Shown here one piece after another: positions 33,572-40,225 of a stretch of 40,225 nt of DNA. The notes under the pieces were generated by a model. It was given only the letters and a program-made list of their open reading frames with translations, did no database searches and was not told the origin of the DNA. The DNA is from a virus (taxonomy: Duplodnaviria; Caudoviricetes), in IMG/VR virus record IMGVR_UViG_3300031953_000050, positions 1-40,225 of that record; one strand, 5' to 3'. The stretch's first letter is position 1; each line of letters starts with the position of its first letter. The position numbers and the translations under genes were made by a program.

Positions 33572-34554
33572 TATTTACGTGCTCCTAGACGCATCAAACC
33601 AGCGTAATCGACGCGGCGCATGCCAGATGGATGTGATTTGTCCACCAGCTCAGGGTGCTTCTTTTCGAGAGCCTGCGCGATAACGCCGGTATCTGAACCG
33701 CTGCCATCCTTCCAATCCCAAGTCACAACATCAGTGCCACCGATGCGCTTGCCGGTCTTTTCGATGTTCTCCTTTAGCCGCTCATCGGAGAAGAATGGAA
33801 TGAGTGATGCGCCAGCCGAGAACAATCCACCGAGGGTCTGCCCGGTCTGCTGATTCTGCTGGTTCACGGCATTTAACTGGTTGCTGTAGCCCTGATTGAT
33901 GAGGCCAGCAACATCAGTCCCCGCCATTCCGGTTTGTGGCGTTGATCCAAACTGAGGCTGCTGAATCTGGCTTTGACCGGACAAGGCAAGCAGTTCATTT
34001 AACGGCTGAGAGCGCAGCGCCATCTGGCTTTGGAGCGCAGTGTTATAATTTCCGACATTCGCGCTGTTATAAGCGTCGGAGCGCGTCACGCCGAAATCAT
34101 TCTGAGCGCGCGTGTATGCGTCCGATCCAAGCTTGATGCCTTGATTGGATAGCTGAGTGTCTAGGGATGCCTTGTTGCGATCCCACGACTTATCGAGCGC
34201 ACCAGAGGTCAGACCCTCAAGATACTGCTTCTGAGCGTCGAAGTTTAGCGGCTGGCTAAGCATCCCACCCAGCTCTCCGCTTTTCTGCTGGGCAAGGTTG
34301 GCTAGATTCTGCTGTGTACCAAGGCCAGCATTGTAGATACCCTGCGACTTCGGGTCGAGCGATGTGGTCTGCTGATACTTTGGCGTACCATCCGCATAGG
34401 TGCCGATCTGGGTATACTTCTGGCTTCCGCCAGGGCCTACCTGATCGATCATATTCAGCTGGGCTTGGGACTGCGCAGTCTGCTGATTGCTCTGTGTCTG
34501 GGCATTAGCCGTTGTGGTCGGATCGGGGGCCTGTGGGGGGCTAGCTTTGCCAAT
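33571..34554 (-). CDS. Ejection/pilot protein with C-terminal Peptidase_S74-like domain; probable non-canonical ATT start
   Basis: (M)GKASPPQAPDP N-terminus, Q/N-rich body, SDERLKENI...GVIAQ.L....PELV...VDY. Confidence 0.75.
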   Translation of the reverse strand: MGKASPPQAPDPTTTANAQTQSNQQTAQSQAQLNMIDQVGPGGSQKYTQIGTYADGTPKYQQTTSLDPKSQGIYNAGLGTQQNLANLAQQKSGELGGMLSQPLNFDAQKQYLEGLTSGALDKSWDRNKASLDTQLSNQGIKLGSDAYTRAQNDFGVTRSDAYNSANVGNYNTALQSQMALRSQPLNELLALSGQSQIQQPQFGSTPQTGMAGTDVAGLINQGYSNQLNAVNQQNQQTGQTLGGLFSAGASLIPFFSDERLKENIEKTGKRIGGTDVVTWDWKDGSGSDTGVIAQALEKKHPELVDKSHPSGMRRVDYAGLMRLGARK

Positions 34555-34561
34555 AATACAC

Positions 34562-35002
34562 CTACCTCGCCGCAACCGGCTTGCTGATAAAGTCCTGCCA
34601 CGCCTTTGCGGACAGGGTATAAACAACATCTGGAACACCGTCAGCGCGGATATCTTCGATGATATATTCTTTGCTCCCAAGCCTCTTAGCTATGGAGCGC
34701 ATGGCATGATTGTCAGGATGCACCCGCATGATCACCAGTCGGCACTTCAGATAGTCAAACGGATACCAAAACAGCGTCTTGAGCGTTGATCGGGTAATCC
34801 ATCTTGGCGTGATCGAAGCTGACGACATTTCAATAACCCGGCTTTCGGGGCTAAACTCATGGTAGACGCTACCACCGACAAGCTCATTGTTATCATTAAC
34901 AACGCCAATTGCATAGCCATTAGGCCATCCTCGTGAACAATCAGGGATGTGATTAGCCACCCAATCCCGTACAATCGGTGACTGGTCTGTGACTGCTCTC
35001 AT
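34562..35002 (-). CDS. GNAT-fold (acetyltransferase-like) virion-module protein (146 aa)
   Basis: AIGV....LVGG.VYH, W.TR..L..LF.YPF..L.C.......N......RLG; ATGA overlap with the hub gene. Confidence 0.78.
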   Translation of the reverse strand: MRAVTDQSPIVRDWVANHIPDCSRGWPNGYAIGVVNDNNELVGGSVYHEFSPESRVIEMSSASITPRWITRSTLKTLFWYPFDYLKCRLVIMRVHPDNHAMRSIAKRLGSKEYIIEDIRADGVPDVVYTLSAKAWQDFISKPVAAR

Positions 35003-36615
35003 ACGACGATGTTTCCCTGTTCGAAGATTATATCTACCGTTACGAGTTCGGCATCGGGGGGCTGCGTTGCTCCGCTCACGACCTGGATTTGTGGAGCCAA
35101 GACATAGCCAGAGCGCAGGATAGAGAGCCATTTGGTAATGACGGTAAAGGTGGTCAGGCCTGTATCCCACTGCGATACATCCCAGATACCAACGTCCCAC
35201 TCACCGGGAGAGGCGCTAGGCGTTGCCGCATTAGGCGGAGTTGGCAAAGACACGGTGTAATCAGTGCTAACACTGATCTTTGGTGTAAACTCTACCGTAG
35301 TTAGGAATGTCGCTCGAACGAGCTTGGTTTCCTTATACGCGGCGATGGTGCCAAGGTGGTCCCAAGACCCGACATAGTTGTGATAGATGAAAGCTCCGTC
35401 ATCAGTGCCGCCAATATCACCCTGCAGGATCGTTCCTGAGTTGGTTCCGAAATACAGGCGGTCATCTGAAATCGCCATGCATCGGGTATTCCATCCTGTG
35501 TTCTTGCAGAAGGCTCCGGTCTCGGCATTGATTACATAGCACCACGGCGGGGTAATGGATTCATCCGAGGTAACGGGCGTGCTGATGTAAATCTGCTTGT
35601 GAGAATCCCACTTGACGATCTCCCATGGCAGAGTGCGGCGCTGACGGGCATCAAATACCCAATCAGGCTCGATATTACGGGTCACAGCGGCAATGGACAG
35701 CGCGGCGGGGTCTTTGGTCACAGCGGCAGAGATAGGAACCATACCGCCCTCTGTACCTACGATCAGATCGCCGCCAGCGCTCATCATGCACTTCTTGCCC
35801 ATGGGCGGGGGAATGACGTAACGACCAACCAGAGAGAAGTCTGCTGGATCAGCCGGGTTCGATCCCTGGTAAATTGCTACCTCGCCCTCCGTCGAGATAA
35901 TGACCAGCTTATCATCCAGCCCATCACCAGCATCCATAGACCATGTTCCGCCAGTCAGCAGCGAGCCGCCGAACTGGAACACACCGGCCAGACTAAGCTG
36001 GATCGCCGCGCCACCGATGGAATCCACCGGCAACGCCCACACATTCATGGAGCCGCCCTCAATGAACCACTGGCGGTTACGATAGGCCCATACATGACTT
36101 AGCTTTGAGGTCAGTACGCCTGTAATGGCCGGGACGGATACGGCGGTGATCTGGGTCCATGTCGTGCCATCATAGGACTGCATGAAGTCCGTACCATTGA
36201 CCACAGTCATGAAGTTGCCGCCAACCGTGGCAAAGTTCTGGCTGGAGTAATAGCCGCTTGTCTGTCCCGTCACATCAGGCGTCGGCGGGACATTCGGATC
36301 GGCTACAGTCGTAATATCATAGATTTTGGTCGCATCAGCCGCGAATAGCTGTCGAGACAGACCGCCGATATAGGCCATGAGGCTTTCGACAGGATCAGTG
36401 CCAATCGTTGCCTTGCGCAGCGCACCACGGCGAAGCTTGATGCCTGTAGTGGTCGGGAACCAGTTCTCTAGGCGCAAGCATGTAGCGGGTCGAGAGTTGG
36501 ATAGGTTCTGCGCGCTGACCCAGCCACCAACCGGCGATAGGAAAGACTTGGGGGCCGAAAACTGCGCCTGACCCCCTTGAGATTTGTTGCCACCTGAGCG
36601 CGAGAAGAAGTTCAC
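34999..36615 (-). CDS. Tail hub / DNA-stabilisation protein, P22 gp10-like beta-propeller (538 aa)
   Basis: PVGGW..., L.NWFP, beta-rich W-containing repeats, WDVGIWDVSQW; follows the adaptor gene. Confidence 0.78.
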   Translation of the reverse strand: MNFFSRSGGNKSQGGQAQFSAPKSFLSPVGGWVSAQNLSNSRPATCLRLENWFPTTTGIKLRRGALRKATIGTDPVESLMAYIGGLSRQLFAADATKIYDITTVADPNVPPTPDVTGQTSGYYSSQNFATVGGNFMTVVNGTDFMQSYDGTTWTQITAVSVPAITGVLTSKLSHVWAYRNRQWFIEGGSMNVWALPVDSIGGAAIQLSLAGVFQFGGSLLTGGTWSMDAGDGLDDKLVIISTEGEVAIYQGSNPADPADFSLVGRYVIPPPMGKKCMMSAGGDLIVGTEGGMVPISAAVTKDPAALSIAAVTRNIEPDWVFDARQRRTLPWEIVKWDSHKQIYISTPVTSDESITPPWCYVINAETGAFCKNTGWNTRCMAISDDRLYFGTNSGTILQGDIGGTDDGAFIYHNYVGSWDHLGTIAAYKETKLVRATFLTTVEFTPKISVSTDYTVSLPTPPNAATPSASPGEWDVGIWDVSQWDTGLTTFTVITKWLSILRSGYVLAPQIQVVSGATQPPDAELVTVDIIFEQGNIVV

Positions 36616-36707
36616 TTTACCGGTCCATAATTAAGAGTTAAAGTGACGAAGCCCAGCAAGCTGATCAGAGCTTGGCGGGCCTCTAAACATACGGAAAGGA
36701 AGTTCCG

Positions 36708-37226
36708 ATGCCTAAGCGCCAACCTACTACCGACATTGCTGAAATTCAACGCCGCTTTTCCCTCAACACGGAGACTGGACGGATAACGTCTAACGTCCCC
36801 TTCGGCAGGTGGGGAAGATTCCCGGCTGGGAGCTTCGTTGATACGTACATTATGCCAAATGGCTACCGGGTTACGATATTCGATGGGAAGGATTACTACT
36901 CCCATTACATCGCTTGGATTCTCCATACGGGTAAGGCCCCAGATGGGGAGATTGACCATGTTAACCATGACAAGGCGGACAACAGACCAGATAATATTAG
37001 AGATGTTAGCCACGCCGAGAATCAGTGGAATCTTCCGGTCAACAGTCGGAATAAACTCGGCATCAAGGGAGTTAACATGCGGACAAGCACTACCTACCAA
37101 GCCAAGATTTTTGCGAACGGTCAAAGATACTACCTCGGAACATTCACCACCCTGTGTGGTGCTATCAATGCTAGACGAAAAGCCGAGCAAATTCATCACG
37201 TTAAGGGCCCAAAAGTGGCGGAGTAA
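36708..37226 (+). CDS. HNH homing endonuclease with AP2-like C-terminus (172 aa)
   Basis: H.IAW...TG..P.GEIDHVNHDK.DNR.DNIR.VS..EN..N, G.KGV, YLGTF; AAGGAAG RBS; antisense to the tail genes. Confidence 0.9.
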   Translation: MPKRQPTTDIAEIQRRFSLNTETGRITSNVPFGRWGRFPAGSFVDTYIMPNGYRVTIFDGKDYYSHYIAWILHTGKAPDGEIDHVNHDKADNRPDNIRDVSHAENQWNLPVNSRNKLGIKGVNMRTSTTYQAKIFANGQRYYLGTFTTLCGAINARRKAEQIHHVKGPKVAE

Positions 37227-37902
37227 GTGAATACGGCGTCAGGAACGTATCCGGCATAGACTTCCCGAACCCAATGGACTGACGGTTACGGTCATCATTG
37301 GCAGAACGGGACAGGTCGCTTTCGTACTCTCCCTGGATCGAGGCATAGTCCAAGCCCATTTTACGCTTCCAACGCCAAATTGCTCCCATCTCCAGCAAGC
37401 GAGCCGGTAGATAGGTTAGGTCAGCGTCATCGGTCCATGTGGCTGTGCGGTTTCCGCCTGAGCTAATCCAGTTCTTCGTAACGTAGGAGAACGTGATCTG
37501 GTCTGGGTTATTGATGTTCTGGGAGAACTGAATGTTCGGGCCGGTGAAGCGATAGAAATAGGTGATCGCAGCGCCCCAGCTTTTAAGCCTCGTCCAGTCG
37601 CCATTTGAGGTAACGGGGGCGAATGCCCATCGCTGCGGAGAATTGCCGTACACGGTGTTTAGATCGCGCGTGGGACGCTTGTAATCCGTTGGGAGTAGAT
37701 AGGTATCTGTCCCAGAGCCAGTGACTACATCGTCCAGCGTACAATCCTGCCAATCGATTCGCTCAAGCAGCTCAGATGCGGCCTGCTGGAGGTACATCTT
37801 GAGCTGCATATAGGTGTCATCGGTATTAGTGGCCCACAAGGATGGCACGGCAACGCCACACTCACGCGCCACGTTATCCATGCTATCCTTGATGATATCC
37901 AT
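37201..37902 (-). CDS. Head-to-tail adaptor (P22 gp4 / tail tubular A-like, 233 aa)
   Basis: EL....DWQ, Y.LP.DY, LLE.G.IWRWK...GLDY; position. Confidence 0.75.
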   Translation of the reverse strand: MDIIKDSMDNVARECGVAVPSLWATNTDDTYMQLKMYLQQAASELLERIDWQDCTLDDVVTGSGTDTYLLPTDYKRPTRDLNTVYGNSPQRWAFAPVTSNGDWTRLKSWGAAITYFYRFTGPNIQFSQNINNPDQITFSYVTKNWISSGGNRTATWTDDADLTYLPARLLEMGAIWRWKRKMGLDYASIQGEYESDLSRSANDDRNRQSIGFGKSMPDTFLTPYSLTPPLLGP

Positions 37903-38645
37903 TATGCCGCCTGTGTGTTCAGAAGTTCACGGAGCTTGGTAGCGCCTGCCTTGTGATGATATGGAATGCCAGCCTCATCGAGAGCAGCGCGGAGGCCATC
38001 AATCTCATCCTGACCTTCGGCAGCAATTGGCTGTTCACTGCGCTCCTGAAGCAGGGATTCCATAGCCTCCATGCGTTCAGCCATAGCAGTGATCTGCGCA
38101 TCCTTGGCAGCTTCGCGAGCGGCTGCGTTAGCAAGACCGGAGCTTTCGAGGTAAAGACCAGCCATCTTCTTAATCTCATTCACATTCGGCAGTCGCACCC
38201 GAAGAATGTCGTTCTGGCTCATATCTCGGATTTCTTCAACCGAACGAATGCCCGCAAGCTTGAACACGTTGGCCTGCTCAGCAGTGATACCAGCCCACAC
38301 AGCTAGTGGCGTCCCATGTTCTGGGAGTTCGTTGCCCTCTTTCCACGCAATGTAAGATGGCTCGATCTGCATCCAGCGGGACTGGAAGAACATCTCTTTC
38401 TCCCCACCATCCATGCCGGGGGGAATATGCAGATTGATTGGATCAAGACTGCGAATGCGGTCGATAACTGACGCAGTCGGGTTTCCCTGCTCATTAATTC
38501 GAGTCACATATTCGACCCAATCAACAGCCTCTAGCTCTGGAGCCCCGATAGCGACCCCAGGGGTCAGTGGATTAACGCGAGGCTCTCGGTTCTGTACGAC
38601 TTCATTGGTCGTGTAAAACCGCTTCACATGAATTTCGTTAGGCAT
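37902..38645 (-). CDS. Conserved podovirus head-module protein with C-terminal helical DNA-binding-like motif (247 aa)
   Basis: GTPL..W, GIRSVEE...S; C-terminal LRA.LD.AGI.YHHKAG..KLRELL; AAGGAG RBS before the ATG at 38645. Confidence 0.7.
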   Translation of the reverse strand: MPNEIHVKRFYTTNEVVQNREPRVNPLTPGVAIGAPELEAVDWVEYVTRINEQGNPTASVIDRIRSLDPINLHIPPGMDGGEKEMFFQSRWMQIEPSYIAWKEGNELPEHGTPLAVWAGITAEQANVFKLAGIRSVEEIRDMSQNDILRVRLPNVNEIKKMAGLYLESSGLANAAAREAAKDAQITAMAERMEAMESLLQERSEQPIAAEGQDEIDGLRAALDEAGIPYHHKAGATKLRELLNTQAA

Positions 38646-38670
38646 ATTTTTATCTCCTTGGAAGGTGTAA

Positions 38671-38690
38671 GGGGTGACCGAAGCCACCCC
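38671..38690 (-). terminator. C(UUCG)G-capped hairpin after the capsid genes; possible terminator or stabiliser
   Basis: GGGGTGGC-TTCG-GTCACCCC on - strand; weak U tract. Confidence 0.6.
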
Positions 38691-38699
38691 CGTTTGATT

Positions 38700-39164
38700 T
38701 TAGTATGGGCAGTCGAGAGTAAGAATCTTGGCAGATGCATCGATGGAAACAGCGCCACCGGAATCCGTCACAGCACCAGCAACTTTCACAGTGCCATCCG
38801 TAGTGGACGAGAGAGTGAGAGCATTACCATCAGCACCCGATACAAACGCTGGGGTAATGGTTGCGCGGCCCTTGATCTGAATCCAACCGTACTGGGCAGT
38901 GGTGATGACAGCCATAAGCATGCCAGCCATTGCACCAGCCGTGTCGGATACGTCAGAGGTGACAACCGTGGTCGAGCCAGCGGAAACACCACCGGGGGCA
39001 TAGTACCCCACGATGTTACCGGCGACGGCGGCGATAGTGCCAGCCCCAGCATTGTACTGAACGTACTTGTAGAGATAGCCAAGAAAGTCCTGACCAATAG
39101 CCCCCAGCTTAAAGTTAGGGGTTGGGTCGCTGACCGTGAGGTCCATACCAACGATATAAGACAT
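38700..39164 (-). CDS. Capsid decoration/cement protein (154 aa)
   Basis: Immediately after the major capsid gene; LG.......Y.YV, QYGWIQ..G pattern; A/G/T/V-rich. Confidence 0.72.
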   Translation of the reverse strand: MSYIVGMDLTVSDPTPNFKLGAIGQDFLGYLYKYVQYNAGAGTIAAVAGNIVGYYAPGGVSAGSTTVVTSDVSDTAGAMAGMLMAVITTAQYGWIQIKGRATITPAFVSGADGNALTLSSTTDGTVKVAGAVTDSGGAVSIDASAKILTLDCPY

Positions 39165-39215
39165 GGTTCATTTCCTTTAGACATTGCCCGTTGGGAAAGG
39201 CCGGGTGTTTACCTT

Positions 39216-40184
39216 TTATGCGGCGTCGATGAGAACACCCTGAAGGGCGCGGTTCGTGGCGATCAGGTTGCCCATCCAGTAGATTGGCACGATAACTGCC
39301 TGCTGGTTGGTTGGGCGCTTCTCTTCGTCAGCAGTCCACTTGGCGTCACGGTGCTGAGCGAGGTACAGGTACTTAGTATTGAGGAAGTAACCCTTTTCAG
39401 CCGTGGTGGTGAAGTTGGTATTGTTGTCGAAGATAACGTCAGCACCCTTATACGACAGAGCCGGGAAGCCTACGTCAGCTTCATTCGACTTGTTCACCCA
39501 ACGCTGGTTCTGCTGCTGGCTCGCCTCAAACACGCTGTAAAAGTCGTGGCTGAGAACGATCAGATCGGGGCTATCTACGCCACGAACCAGAGAGAGCCAG
39601 AGAGCGTTGAACTCACCAAGGATAGTGTCCTTAGTGTAGGCGTTCGTACCGGGGATTTCCCGGAACTTATTGCGCCAGAAAGTCCATGTAGCCGAGTCGA
39701 TACCGCCCACAGTGCCCTGACCGTTGGTCTGGATAATGGAGGCGAGGCCACCGATCTGGTTGGTCAGCGAGCCATCCGAATACAGGTCTACCGAGAACTG
39801 GTTGTTTGCCGTATTGTAGGCGTTCTTCTTCTTGGCCTTGACCAGATTGAACATGCGCTCCTTACCGGAGTTGATCATCAGTTCACGGCCACTGGAGGTC
39901 ACATGGATAGCGACCTGTGCCCAGTCATACTTGGCAGAGGTGATCACATCCGATGCGTTGACGTTCAGGGGGTCATAGCCGAAATATCGCTGATAGGTGC
40001 TGTTTTCAGCGTATTCCAGCGGCTCCTGGATTTCAGTACCGCCGTCGAGGGTCTTGATGTTGCCGCGCGCCTTGAGCTTACGCAGCAGAGCGTTATTGAG
40101 CGAGACGTTATCAGTGATTTCCGGTCCGGTGTTGCGGAGCGTGGTGGAAACCAGCTGGGTAAATACTGCACTAGGCGATGCCAT
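39216..40184 (-). CDS. Major capsid protein (322 aa)
   Basis: TTLRN...ITDNV..NNALL..L...G......GG..I.EPL.Y.EN...Y.GYD.L; follows the scaffold across the circular junction. Confidence 0.9.
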   Translation of the reverse strand: MASPSAVFTQLVSTTLRNTGPEITDNVSLNNALLRKLKARGNIKTLDGGTEIQEPLEYAENSTYQRYFGYDPLNVNASDVITSAKYDWAQVAIHVTSSGRELMINSGKERMFNLVKAKKKNAYNTANNQFSVDLYSDGSLTNQIGGLASIIQTNGQGTVGGIDSATWTFWRNKFREIPGTNAYTKDTILGEFNALWLSLVRGVDSPDLIVLSHDFYSVFEASQQQNQRWVNKSNEADVGFPALSYKGADVIFDNNTNFTTTAEKGYFLNTKYLYLAQHRDAKWTADEEKRPTNQQAVIVPIYWMGNLIATNRALQGVLIDAA

Positions 40185-40225
40185 GTGATTTTCCCTTAGT
40201 TAGCTTGTAGCTCGGCCCATTTTGC
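39955..40225. repeat. Terminal direct repeat, right copy
   Basis: Matches 1-271 at 261/271 positions. Confidence 0.97.

Noticed and set aside
36612-37199. 195-aa - strand ORF or intron between adaptor and hub genes
   Set aside because: It is the antisense of a clear HNH gene. Both flanking genes look intact and I saw no group I intron core.
38628-40199. 523-aa + strand ORF
   Set aside because: Antisense shadow of the capsid and decoration genes, with no recognisable motifs. The same applies to most short opposite-strand ORFs in the track.

Overview
The window is an apparently complete, circularly permuted dsDNA tailed-phage genome with a unit length of about 39,954 bp: bases 1-271 recur at 39955-40225 with 10 mismatches. 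The virion module follows a P22-like podovirus order: terS, HNH, terL, portal with a Q-rich coiled-coil tail, scaffold, major capsid, decoration, adaptor, gp10-like hub, GNAT-like protein, three ejection proteins, SleB-type hydrolase, tail proteins and a beta-helix tailspike. A GH108 endolysin/holin/spanin cassette follows. GapR (DUF2312), a stand-alone DnaA domain-IV protein and CCUCCUCCC RNA loops suggest an alphaproteobacterial host (inference). The early region has Sak/Rad52-like, SSB-like, NinB, DUF1364 and DUF1064 genes and an IbrA/IbrB-type PAPS-reductase + ParB cassette. I recognised no integrase, CI repressor, helicase, primase or polymerase. The most notable items are non-coding. One is a promoter- and terminator-bounded RNA (about 12145-12378) with a 26-bp G.U-containing stem enclosing two anti-Shine-Dalgarno loops. 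Another is a ~530-bp hairpin-dense region with opposing promoters next to a fragmentary replication module (15752-16280). A third is a structured region with small ORFs downstream of tRNA-Thr. All family calls come from motif recognition by eye; no searches were run.
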